Below, one piece after another: positions 25,053-37,213 of a stretch of 64,000 nt of DNA. Each line of letters opens with the position of its first letter. The stretch's first letter is position 1. Source of the DNA: Puccinia triticina (Eukaryota); NCBI GenBank assembly GCA_026914245.1, contig CP110439.1, positions 1,984,001-2,048,000 of the forward strand, written 5' to 3'. Both the position numbers and the translations under genes were made by a program. A model generated the notes under the pieces. It did no database searches and was not told the origin of the DNA. It worked only from the letters and a program-made list of their open reading frames with translations.

Positions 25053-26242
25053 TAAATTCATTATTCAAATGAACAATTTTTTGGAAAATATTGAACAAAA
25101 AAGTTCCACCCCAAAAAAGTTACGTTATCCAAAACCTCCAAAACTCAAAAACAAAAAAATTTACTTTACGTTTATATGTTACGTTACCCAAATGGCTAAT
25201 TTGGATAACTAAAAAAAAGCTACAGTATCCAATTAGCCCTCCGTAACGTACCGTAACGTAACTGCCCACCCTTGAGGACGGTCAGCAGCGCTCTAGAATT
25301 GAAGCGTTCGCAGTGCATCCACAACGTTGACGTCATAGTCCGAGTCCGTAAAGCGCACTGCGCACAAGTCCGTAACGTACACCGCGCACACTGTAAAAGT
25401 GTAGTATTTGAAGGATGAGGGGAATTTTCCATTTTCTTGCTCATTGAAATGCATGTTGAAAGTTATATAAGGTGCTTGAAGTGGTTTTGCATAAATATGT
25501 GCATTTAAACTGGCAGCTGAGTGTGAAAATGGTAGGTCAATTGCTTTGTAGAAACAGTTATTTACAAAAGAACTCAATGAGAAGTAAATACAATTGTTAA
25601 GAATAGAAAAACAATAGATCTTTTTATAGTAAAGAAATAAGTAATTAAATAAATACCTTGAAGAGAAACCTGAACAACAAATAAATCTCAAACAATGACA
25701 ACAGACAACGATGATAAGCACAAGGAAATATCACAGCAAAAAATAGCCTGAAAAAACAAATGATTAAATGAATATGCCAATACAATAATAATATGTTAGG
25801 ATGGATAGATGTATGAAGTAACTATCTGCCCAGAGGCTAGATCTAGCTCTTCCTGAATGCTTAGGGTGATTGATGATTGAGATTGAACTTTGATTTGATT
25901 GAACGGGCCCAAAGGAGATTATCTTCAAGTATTGTTTGGGTGTTGATGATTGTTGAGTGAAGAGGTACAATCAGAATGGATGAAGATTGATCAGAGAGTA
26001 GATTGGAGAGTAGTGATGAAAAAAGGGAGTGGAACGGAATGGGGAAGAATAAAGTTATTGGCAAGTTTTTAGGTTTTGGATGTGGAGTTCTGAACCAATT
26101 AAGATGACGTCATATGCATAAGAGTATGCATAACCACAATGTGTGAGTATAAACTTGACACTGAGCTGCATATGTATAAAACCATACTTGATATAGTGAG
26201 GGCCAGGCTCAAACAAAATTTGTTGATATTTTGTCATTCTCA

Positions 26243-27311
26243 GAGCTTCTTCACCCGGGGAGGTAAAACCGGGTTGCTAAAACCCCTGGATGGCAACTCA
26301 ACTTTTGCATATAGCAACCTGCAAGACTCTGGCACCCACCCGTGGCTGCTATATACACGGACGCACCAGAAGCACCCCCCAATGACCAAGTCATCAAAGG
26401 GAGATACAGTGCTCCATGACCATACAGCCGGTCATCAATGACTCACATATCACACTAGTGTATGAATGACCGGTGTAGCCGGCCGTTGATAGCTTGAAAA
26501 CCTCCCTTAGACCGACATAGCCAGTCATCAAGAGCTCTCAATGACTTGCTGTAGTCATTGAGAGCTCTCTCAATGACTGGCTACCCCGGTCCAGTAGCCA
26601 GTCATCAAGAGAGCTCTTAATGACCACAGCCAGTCATTGAGAGAGCTCACAATGACCGGGGTAGCCAGTCATTAAGAGAGCTCACGATGAACGGGGTAGC
26701 CAGTCATCCAGAGAGCTCTCAATGACTGGTATAGCCAGTCATCAAGAGAGCTCTCAATGACCGGTATAGCCAGTCATTGATAGAGCTCTCAATGACTGGT
26801 ATAGCCAGTCATCAAGAGAGCTCTCAATGACCGGTATAGCCAGTCATTGATAGAGCTCTCAATGACCGGTGAGCAGTGAGCCAGTCATTGAGATAGCTCT
26901 TGATGACCAGTATAGATGGTCATTGATTTTCTCAATAACCGGTATAGCTGGTCATCAATTTTCTTGATGTTTGGTATATGCAACCGGTCATCAATAGCTT
27001 TTGATGCTCTCAATAACCGGACAGCCAGTCATCAATAGCTTGAATTGCTCTCAATGACTGTTTTGATGGCGGGTTGTAGCTGTTCTAGGCTTGTTGTATT
27101 ATTTGGGTTGGTGAGTTTGGAGGGGGGATGAGCTGGGATGAGTTGCTATTGAGTTGCTAGCGGGTTGCCAGATGTAGCAACCTGATGTCAATTTTTACCT
27201 CCAGAGGCAAAATAGAAACTGACTTGCCACCCCGGGTGGGTGGTGTTTTTTGGGTTTGGGTTGGTAAACGCGGGATAGCAACCTGGTTTACCTCCCCGGG
27301 TGGAGATGCTC
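26243..27311. mobile_element. PIF/Harbinger MITE with a ~35-bp palindromic minisatellite (26420-27060)
   Basis: TIR GAGC(T/A)TCT(T/C)CACCCGGGGAGGTAAA; TSD TCA; unit GAGAGCTCTCAATGACYGGTATAGCCAGTCATY. Confidence 0.88.
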
Positions 27312-27722
27312 TCAGGCTTTCATGACGCCTTTTGTCACATTTGATTATAGTGTGATGAAGGAAGCTGGTTTTTCTTCTTTGAATCCAGTTTTTTTTGATT
27401 GTGCGTTCACAGAGCTGATTTTTCTTCTTCAAATCCAGTTTTTGATTTTGTGTTTACGGAGCTGAGCTCTCTTTGAATCCAGTTTTTCAATTATGTGTTT
27501 ACAGCCCATTATAATAACCAAAGAACAAAACTAATCACAAGCCAAAAAAACAAAGAGGCTACTCGTAGAAAAACAGAGTACAAATCAAGCCCATAAAACT
27601 GATGTGAGTGGTTTCAAGACTGGATTAAGTAGAATTTCTGACCATCTAGCACCAAAACACAAGAACACTTTTGATTCTTTGACTATATTACAGATACACG
27701 TGAGAACATGTTTCTACATTAA

Positions 27723-27910
27723 GGGTGTTCAAAGTTTAAATCATAAAATTTTCAATGCATAAAATCATAAAACTTTCAAGTGATGATTTCATATGTACCA
27801 TTCTAGAAATGTTGCTCTAATTTGAGTACTTGGGTGCAACATATTTTTTCAGCTTAGAATTTTATGATTTTATGGTGTTATGATTTTATGCAAGTCAACT
27901 TTGAACACCC
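27723..27910. mobile_element. PIF/Harbinger-like MITE
   Basis: TIR GGGTGTTCAAAGTT; TSD TAA; CATAAAA subterminal repeats. Confidence 0.85.
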
Positions 27911-29399
27911 TAATTTGGGTGAGTACCAGATACCAGGGGGAACGGGGGATGTTTTGAAAAAGGAACACAAGCACAAATATTGAGAGGTAAAAATGGGGCT
28001 AGACACTGTGGGCACAATTGGATTAAAGTTTACCCGGTATTGTGTTCTTTTGCCCACATTTTCCTCCCTTATCTTTGGTACTCATGTCGCATTTGATTGC
28101 CTTTCTTGCCACTTTATTCTTGCTTGGTTTTGGTTTGATCAATGACAATGAGTTTTTGTCTCCTCGGCGGAAATGGGGGTGCGAAAATCCCGAGAAGAAT
28201 GAGGTCAAAGAGTTCGTCTGGACATTATCAACTTGATCAAGTGGTTTGATCGTCGGTAAACGCGTAAAATTGTAGAGCTGAAAAAGATTATTCGCGCTCC
28301 AGTCAGCCATTCTTCAAGTGGAACAAGGTGAATTCAGGAATTTAGAAATACATTCAGCTGCCGAATGAAAGAAGAGACATTACTGTGCCAAAAGAATTTA
28401 GGCAAGATCATCGTGGCAAATTTGGTGTTCGCTGCAAGAAGAAAGATTTAGGTTAGATTGCTAATTTGAATTTTAAAGGCGACCACACGCACCATGTGCC
28501 AGAACAAAGGCGACCACACGCACCATGTGCCAGAACAAAGGCGTCCCCTGGACCATTCCAACGCTGATTGGGGCAAGAATTCAGTCGGTCAGTAAACAGT
28601 GATACACCTCAGCACCTGCGTTACTAGTTGCACTCACAATTTATGGTCTGTATTCTTCATGACTGCAAAGATGGTAGAGTTTGCTTATGAAAGCCTACAT
28701 GAGCACACAGTCAGGAATACGCAGTGATGGATCTAATACACAATTCAAACTTACAGTGCACTGGGGTGCTGCACTTGGCTCCGGCTTCAGCGGGCGCGAA
28801 ATCTCAAGGGCATCAGGAGAGTTGCTCTTTACACTCAGGAAAAACTTTTGATAAATCTAGGTTCATAAGCTCTTGGCAACTATTTGGACAATTCATACTA
28901 CTGTTGGATGGAATCTGGCGGAATTTTGAAGAACCGGGGATGTGGATTTCATCTGCTGAAGAATATTTGTTATTGTATTTATGGAGAACTTTGAAGGCTG
29001 GACAACTGAAGAAAGATTCCACAGTGGGGATATCAGTGTCTATATAGGTCTGATAGGTTTAGTTCAAACAAGTTACAGTTATTTATTATATATGGTTCAA
29101 AAATTGGATTACTTTTAGCCCTGATATTATAGATTGGAGATTATTTGGAAAACTTCTAGCCCTGGCAAGTGTCAGAGGGTAGTAAATATCTATGCAGAAG
29201 AAATAACCACAAACTCTAATCAGCAAGACTCAGCCATATTAAACAAGACAGTACTCAGATTGGAAAAAGAATTATCAAGAATTTTTGCCATTGGACTAAT
29301 CAATTTTTTTACACTGAAAGAAAAGATGCCAGCAAGTATTTAAAACCTTGGACTCAAGACCTCAAGATTGAAAACACCTAAAATTAGTGTAGGATCTAA

Positions 29400-32114
29400 A
29401 TTAATTTCTTTCCACACCTTGTCTATATTTGATTAGTTGGGGGAGGAACTCACACTCTTTCACAAGTCACTCTTTTATCTGCCATCCTTCCTTCAGCTAT
29501 TTTCACAATCATAATCAACCCCACCAAACTCAAACTCATAGAACTAATCAAAAAACAAAAAATCCTACCTCCTGGGCATGAGACTAAACTGTTCAACCTT
29601 TCTGTTCAACCCCAACTGCTAATACTTAAACTAGGTTTGAATTTTACAGTTCAACAACTCAAGTGCAACTCTAAAAACACTCAAAATAAAAAATAAAAAT
29701 CAAATTCAGCATAAACACATCAACACATTAATCAAAAGACAAAAACTCACCGGTTTCAATTTTATAAGTTGGGGGAGGTGTTCTCACTTCTCTAAAAACC
29801 CTCAGATTGGTATCCTTTCTCTCTTATTCTCAACCTCTCTCAGATTCTCACTCTCACTTAAAGGTTGGAGAAAACCATTTTTAAGTTGGGGGAGGGGTGT
29901 CTCTCAAAGACTGGTCTAGATCAATTTTTTTAATTTGTTTCAGCTCAGATCATTTGATCATCCTCCAGGAAAAACATGTGATTCAGCTCATTGACAGATT
30001 GATCAAGAAACCAGGCTGCAAGCTGGGAGAGGAGGCCAACGTTAAATCTTACCGGTTAGGATCAAGGGAAACATTGCAACTCAACGATCGTTATTGGACG
30101 GCTGGTGCAATCGTTATACTCAACAAATGTTATTGGACGGCGGGTGGTTGGATGCATGGGAGAAGTGTGATGGTTGTTTTTGGGTGATTGAAAGAATCGG
30201 TGGCGGCTACACAAGGAAGAATGGACCAACAAGAGGGCCTTCTTTAATAGACGATATTGTTGGTGGTTTTCCTGGTTCTTCTGGGCAACAAATCCGATGC
30301 AGCGGCGATAACAATGACGTCAGGTGACGCGGTCAGCTGTTTTTTAAAACACGACACACAGGAGGTTGGCGATCTTGACTGGTGATCCAATTCAAAGATA
30401 GCCAAAGTAGGGCAAAGACGATAAACACGAGTTGAAGAATACAAGTTGGGGGAGGATTAGCTCTTGATATCCTCCCAGGAAATGTGGAAAAAGCCTACTA
30501 GAATGGATAGTGACTTGAACATACTTGGACGGACATCACCGGCGAAGATATTGGACACAAACGGCAACCATTGGAGTGCAGGACTCGGCGAGGGCGGATC
30601 GGCGTGCAGTTGGAAGACGGCGGATGATCGGCGGCATTAGACCGGTGTCCGCGACCGGAGATTCAAACCTCAAGACTAGCATTAACAACTCATACACGGA
30701 CAACAATCAACCTCAACAAACTTCAACACATCAAGACACAAATCTACAATTGGAATAACAACAATAATCAAAACAGAATTGTCTGGGGACAGACAATAAG
30801 TTGGGGGAGGATGTGGTATGCTTTATGGTTACCCATCTAGCCCATTTCAAAATTTCCTGTTTTCTCATATGTACACTCACAAATCACCCAATACGGCAAC
30901 ACCACTGGATTCTACGGCCAAAACTACACAGGACACCATGGACAACACACCTTAAACCCCTCTGGATCACAAGTTACAACCCCTTCAAGACACCATCATT
31001 CAGTTACATACACACAAAACACCATACTCAGGTCATGTAATCCGTTACATGAACCACACTTACCCAGGACATGTAATCAGTTACATGTACCACCCTGACA
31101 GTTTGTCTACCCTTCAAATATCCTTTACCTCTGTAGAGACTGTAAAATGAAGATGTGTCTGGTGAGAGTCGAACTCACGACCTCAGCTATGCTGAGACAC
31201 ATACTAGAGTGCTGCCTTTACCAACTAGGCTACAGACGCTTGTGGCTGCCAGCTGGGTGGTTGGTTGGTAGTGCTCATGGGTCAATCCAACAGCCCTCCA
31301 TACTCTGGTGATACATCATGGTAGCAGACTAACAGACAACTCAACAACCTCATCAGCTGCACTCATTTCATTGTGTTATGCACATGTCATGTAGTGTCAT
31401 GCAGTGTTATGCACGCTTGATGCAGGCTTATGCAGTCTTATGCAGGTGCATGCAGACTAGTGTAATAGGGGCTGCAGTCTGACAGTTGACAAATGACATC
31501 ATGCAGGTGGCAAGATAGCAAAAACCCCTCATGCAGCTTGCAGATGACATCATTTGACAGGCCAGGCCAGCTAAAACATCTCACCTCCTATTTCTCACTA
31601 GCCAAATTCCCTCATATGACATCATGACCTCATGTGCCCTGTCAACCACCAGCCAAAATACCTCTTTGTAGTCTTCAGGGCAGCTAAAACCCCTCATTCT
31701 CTTGTTCCCCTGGAGCTAAAATCCCTCACTCTTTTCTATTTAAGGAGGCTCTCCTCCCCCCAGTTGTAATTTCTCTCAGCAAACTACTTGTGCTCAGCTT
31801 ACCCCATAACAGTACAACACTCGCTCACTCTACAGTATTAGCCCCACTCTATATTGTGGTTTTAAAACCCTTACATACAAATTACAACCTCATGACAACA
31901 CTTACTCATCAGCTACATCACCATAACCCTTAAGCCACCTGCTCAAAGTAGGCTATCTTTTGATACACCTCCACTATCACTACATAAACCGTCCAATCGT
32001 AGATTGGGGGGCTTGTTTTAGTGTCTAGTGACCCAGGAAAGGCAGAGGTAACCTCATTCATCCCTTTCCGCACTCAGCAAAAGGTTCTCAGGAACACTTT
32101 TGAGCTTTACAACA
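29400..32114 (+). mobile_element. LTR retrotransposon 3' remnant: non-coding internal region, PPT and ~1.3-kb LTR (30812 to about 32111/32114)
   Basis: AAGTTGGGGGAGGA directly followed by TGTGG at 30812; LTR-like body ending TTTACA(ACA). No 5' LTR or pol found, so the left boundary is approximate. Confidence 0.6.
31154..31239 (-). ncRNA. tRNA-like sequence inside the LTR (Thr(AGT)-like D arm and anticodon; probably pseudo)
   Basis: GCGTCTG-TA-GCCT AGTTGGTAA AGGC-A-GCACT CT AGT A...CTCAGC ATA GCTGAG-GTC-GTGAG TTCGACT CTCAC-CAGACAC-A; T4 run about 7 nt downstream. Confidence 0.75.
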
Positions 32115-32734
32115 GCTGGGGCAGTGCCATTGGGGGGATTGTCTGAGGGGTCACATTCAACACCCACCCGGCAAGTGAGGGTGAAAAAGTCGTCCGTGGC
32201 TTGGTGGTTTGACATTGACTGACGGATAAAATTTGTCTCAGTTCTAGCCCGGGGATAATGAATTGGGCAAGATACTCACCACAATTTTTGATGCTAGGAT
32301 TGGGAATGCAAGGGGTGCACTTGATTTGATGGTTGTTTCGTGGGCCTATGGGAGGTGCGGCGGTCAAACAGTGGCTGAGTTAGCAAGCAGGACGGACGAG
32401 GTGAAAGGGGTAAAGAGGGGGGGACAGACCGGATTAGGGGTATTGCTGGGAGGGTTGGCAGTTACGGCTGGGTGGATGGCGGATGGGTGAAAATCTTTTC
32501 GCCGGGTGGGCGGCGGGACAGGCGGCGGTACCGGCTGGCCGGAGGTTAGGTTTTGTCGAGGTGGGAGGAGGTCCGGGGGGCATGGTGGTCGGGGAGAGAG
32601 AGATGGTGGAGAGAGGGAAGAAAGAGGAAGAATCGGAAGATTTGGAAGGGGATACAGGGCAGGGGGCTGAAATGAAAAAGTGTGTGTGTCGGATTTTCAG
32701 CCTCACGAGCTCGCAAGCTTTTCTAACATGGCTG
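32115..32734 (-). mobile_element. Terminal fragment of a Tc1/mariner-like element with the same TIR as 17478-18101
   Basis: GCAAGCTTTTCTAACATGGCTG followed by TA at 32735; the other end is not found. Confidence 0.7.
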
Positions 32735-33101
32735 TAAGTTAGAGTCTGGTCGATCCCGCGCCCCGGCTCCACTCTTTTTCTGGGTAGGAACCGGAGCGGA
32801 GCGCAGCGTAGCGAGGTCCTGTGGTCCATGGAAGCAATCCATAGCAACAGGCCTTGGAACACGTCTGGAGCACCTCTTCCCCCTCCGGAAGAAGCAAACC
32901 TCAGGTTGGCTAGGGGACTGGCTCCCAAGCCTCCCCCTTGCGCCTTTGTTGTCAGGTTGTGGTTCTGCTACTCTTAGCTTTATCATACCTGCTGGTGTCA
33001 CTCATTCATGACCTGTCATTTACAGGTCTTACCCTCAATTAGGGATCTTCATGTGACACCAGTGGATGTTCATTCACCCACCTGCAGCCATTCATATCCA
33101 A

Positions 33102-33173
33102 GCGTCCTTAGTACAGTGGTTAGTACACTTGACATGGATATAAGAGACATGGGTTCAACTCCCATAGGACACA
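33102..33173 (+). ncRNA. 72-nt tRNA-like cloverleaf in the YR-retrotransposon leader
   Basis: GCGTCCT-TA-GTAC AGTGGTTA GTAC-A-CTTGA CATGGAT ATAAG-AGAC-ATGGG TTCAACT CCCAT-AGGACAC-A; A and B boxes present; TTTT 6 nt downstream. Confidence 0.8.
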
Positions 33174-33466
33174 TAATATTTTATGGAGTTTCACATTTGT
33201 CACGCTGGTGACGGTAAGAGATACCGCCTAGGTGACACGTGCCAGCTCAGAGTGGCCCCAAGGCCTAGCCCCGATGGGGGGGGACGCTGGCGGACATAAA
33301 AGAGAGCCCTTCCGGCTGCCCTTCATTCGCCAGCTCCTGCCATCGCCCTTTTCGCTACGAGCATCACATTCCTTCTGTCACTCGACTTTCCTCTCACTTT
33401 TCGGCATCAACAGAAAACCCAATCTCTCCTTTCGATAAAACTCTTTCGCTATAAAAACACGCAACA

Positions 33467-35048
33467 ATGACCGACAGAATCGCTCAGTTAACTAACCGAT
33501 TCCGGAATGCTACCTCGGGCTCTGACCCAAACCCCAGCGGAGAACCTGCACCTACAGGACCACAGACAGGGCCTAGCACCGGGGAGGTAGACCCCAACTC
33601 CACGGACTCCACCGATGGACAGAGGCAAGCCGACAACCCTTTGGGGCCCCAGGCACAAGCACCGGCGAAGGGCCAACCCGGGAAAAAGGGCGTCCAAACC
33701 AGAAGCGCAGCCAAGATAGGTGTCGTTCCCAACCCTACAGACGCCGAGTCGTCAACCGCCAGCACGGCATCCAAAGGGAAGGGCGAAGCCCAAAAGACCA
33801 CAGACAACCCTATCGAAACCGTCACCCTTTTGGGAGATCGGAGCGGTAAGCCTCGCGAACTCCACTTGCAAACCTTGAAAGATAATCAGGCTTACGCCCT
33901 ACATCTTCATCCCATGCAGTAGGATCCAAAGGCAAGTCGTCCGGAAAGTCCGACCGTTCAAGCGAGCGATCAGTCATCCTGACCGAGGCAATGGCAGCCA
34001 CGAAAGCCGGCGAGAAAGACAAAGCCACGATGCTGTGGGATGTGTATGTCGCCCTCTCGGGCGTGGCATCAGCGGAACCAGCAAAGACCATACCGGCCAA
34101 ACACGCTCGCGAGGAATCAGTCGAAGTCTTAGACCAACTGACTGGTCAAGCCAACGCACAAGCAGAGAACCACGAAGTGGTTGTCGTGCAAGAAGGGGAG
34201 CTGGATTTTGGTGAGCGCTGTCCCAAGGTCACACATCAGATTGATAAAGACACTTACCAAATCCAACCGTCTAAGCTGTCAACAAGATAAACTTGCATAA
34301 AGACGTGGGGTTCACGCCCTACTTCGACAAGAACCTAAAGGAGCTAAGGGCGCCAATCCCGCTAACCATTTTTAATAAGAAATGGCAAGATTGAGCGATA
34401 CTGCATTACGCAGAGAAGCGACCGAAGGGCGAAGATTCCGGGTCCGAGAGCCGCAATTGCTACACCGGCCTCCCTTATCCCTTGGAATGGACTCAGACGT
34501 TCAGTGAATGGACCACGAACCACCAGGGCTTCTACATTGCCCTACGCGATGTCTACCAGTTCAGGACTTTTGCTGGGTGGGTCTTGACCCACAAAGGGCA
34601 TTGCGACAAAATCTTAGCCAGACACGGGTTTATGGCGGCCCTCCGGTATGATGTGAACGTCCGCTCCACGGTTTTTGCGCACCAGGTCATGGTGAATGGC
34701 AGACCATCGGTGGCAGACATCTCGGTCTTCCGAACTGACATCGCGGAGGAGACGTATTCCGACGCTCGCAATTTCGGCGAAATCGGCATGACCGACAACC
34801 CCTACGCCGAGAACGGGCTCCGATCCGGCTGGGATCCCTTGACAGGGGCGCCCAAACCCAACAAAAACGGACAGAAGCCAATCTTCAACCGACAATCGGA
34901 AGAAAGCGACCAGACCGGCCAAAGCGGACCGAAAGGCCAGAGGACCAGCGGCTATAAGGGGAAGAACTTTAACCCTCGCCACAAGGAGCAGAAAGCGACA
35001 CTCGGAGGTGGAAGCAACCCCTCAAAAAGCCCAGACACCACACCGTAA
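33467..35048 (+). pseudogene. Gag-like ORF1 of the YR retrotransposon, 3 exons, one premature stop
   Basis: Introns 33846-33919 (GTAAGC..CAG) and 34211-34275 (GTGAGC..AAG) join the separate ORFs in frame; in-frame TGA at 34392-34394. Confidence 0.8.
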
Positions 35049-35249
35049 GTGGTTCCTCATCCTTCCCCCTGTCGGTCCTGTCTTAATTCAGACAAACCCA
35101 CAGTTCCTGAGATTTGTTTGGTCTCCCCTTCCTGTAACAGGAAACAGACCTAACACTCCTCAGACGAGCTAGGAAACGAACGAAGAATCTCTTCTCTAAT
35201 CGTTGTTTCTCTCTATGCTTGCTGGGTTTCCCTTTGTCTTTGTAAATAG

Positions 35250-36954
35250 GCCACTAGGCATCTTGGCCGCCAAAGTTAGCAATACACCCCATGCCGTTCA
35301 GGCAGATGGAAATTCCCCTTTTAACGCCACCTGGCCGCTTAAAGTAACGTGTGAAATGAACCTCCCAGAATGGAGGGCAGCTCTGTTGAAAGCGGGTTTG
35401 CTCCCCGAGTTTCAGGACATGCTGGACGGTTTCGAGCATGGGTTTCCCCAAGGAATACCGCAACATGGCTGCGATGGACTTGCACATTTCACTCCACCGA
35501 ACCACGCCTCTGCCCTACTGGCTAGAGACAAGATTGAAACGTCAATTCAACGGGAAGTGGCCGCAAAGCGCATGTTCGGGCCGTTTACTCACAAGGAGGT
35601 CCACGAACACTTCCCGTTCTTTCGGTCCAACCCACTTGGAGCCGTCATTAACGGAGATGGGTCCCTACGCCCAATTAATGACCTCTCCTTTCCACGGGAT
35701 AACCCGGCCATCCCGTCCGTGAATTCCTTCGTGGACGCCGACAATTTCCCAACAACATGGGATGACTTCAACCAAGTCTCTAGATTTTTCAGAGGACGAT
35801 CAAAGCCATGCCTACTGGCCCTTTTCAACTGGGAAAAGGCCTATCGCCAGATTCCAACTGCCAAAGACCAGTGGCCGTACTTGTTAGTACAAGATTTCGA
35901 AGAGAAGCTCTACGTCGACACACGGATTACCTTTGGCGGCGTAGCAGGCTGCGGGTCTTTCGGCCGCCCAGCGGACGCATGGAAACTCTTGATGATGAAA
36001 GAGTTCGACCTCGTAACTGTGTTCCGCTGGGTCGATGATAACCTCTTCATCAAAGAACTAGACTCAGACGTGGATATGACAGCCGTGGTAGAGAGGTCCG
36101 CCCAGCTCGGCGTCAAAACCAATGAGGAGAAGTTCTGCAACTTTGCGGAAGAGCAGAAATTCATTGGCTTCATCTGGAACGGCATGACAAAGACAGTTCA
36201 TCTACCACCGGGGAAGCTACAAGACCGGATTACCCAAATTCAAGAGTTTCAGGTCCCCAAAAGGAAATTCACATATAACCAAGTCGAAGTCCTAGCGGGC
36301 CAACTCAATCATGTCTCTTATCTCCTACCGCAACTGCGGTGCTACCTCTGTGGGCTCTATGCCTGGCTGAAGAGCTGGAAGACTTTGAAGGCGAAGCGAC
36401 CCGTTACGGCCACGGTCAAGCTAGACCTAGAACACTGGATGTTAACTCTTTGCTCCTTCAAAGAGACAAGAATAATCCCTAACCCCGAGCCAACGGAAAT
36501 CGGGTGGATGGGCGACGCATCGACCAGTTATGGCATTGGCGTACTGATCGGTCGACACTGGGCCCGATTCCAGCTAGCAGAGGGCTGGGAAGGTACGACA
36601 AAGCCACACCGGAACATAGCCTGGGTGGAGACAGTCGCAATTCAAATCGGGATCTGCATGCTCCAGAAGCTCGGAGTCCGAGCGGGCAAAACACTCATTG
36701 TCTGGACAGACAATACCACAACGGAAGCCACGATCCGAAACAGGCGCTCACACGACTTCCACGTCAACGAGCAGTGGAAGGCCATCCAGAGGATGTTAGT
36801 CGAGCTGCAAATAGATTTGGTTGCAAAGAGGGTCACCTCAGCTGAGAACAAAGCTGACGCCCTATCCAGGGGAGACAGTTCGGGGCTAGAACCCAACTTC
36901 CAGGTACCGGTAATGTTACCGTTAGACTTAGATTTGCTGTTCTGGCAACATTAA
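35250..36954 (+). CDS. Reverse transcriptase - RNase H (DIRS-type); first catalytic Asp appears mutated to Asn
   Basis: RPINDLS, LFNWEKAYRQIP, ITFGG, RWVDD, FIGFIW; RNase H MGDAS, IAWVE, WTDN, NKADALSR. Confidence 0.95.
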
Positions 36955-37213
36955 TTCTTCAAAGCCTGTAATACCCTATGGAAGAAGCTACAAGTAAAAC
37001 CGTGTAAATATCCTGCCAAGACACGTCACATGCAAGACACTGCCACGTTTCCATCTATGTACAACCTGGTTTTGCATGTCCAAAAAAAAAAAAAAAAAAA
37101 AAAAAACCCCGATAGATAAAGGGGAAGAAAGAACGCGAGAAAGGGGCAGGGGACACAAAGCTCACACCCCTTCCCCAAAGCGTCAAACAATCCCAGAACC
37201 AAGACAGTCGCAT

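Larger units (their letters stand above)
21701..25274. mobile_element. TIR element with ~7-bp TSD hosting two nested elements
   Basis: TIR CAAGGGTGGGC(C/A)GTTACGTTAC; GTTAC/GTAAC subterminal repeats; TSD AGGACAG/AGGACGG. Confidence 0.85.

Noticed and set aside
31154..31239. Functional amber-suppressor (CTA) or Leu(TAG) tRNA
   Set aside because: No canonical 5-bp anticodon stem with a 7-nt loop in those registers, and it sits within an LTR.
37076..37213. Poly-Lys N-terminus of the recombinase
   Set aside because: Translation of a ~25-nt A homopolymer in the inter-ORF spacer; the ATG at 37214 is the more plausible start.
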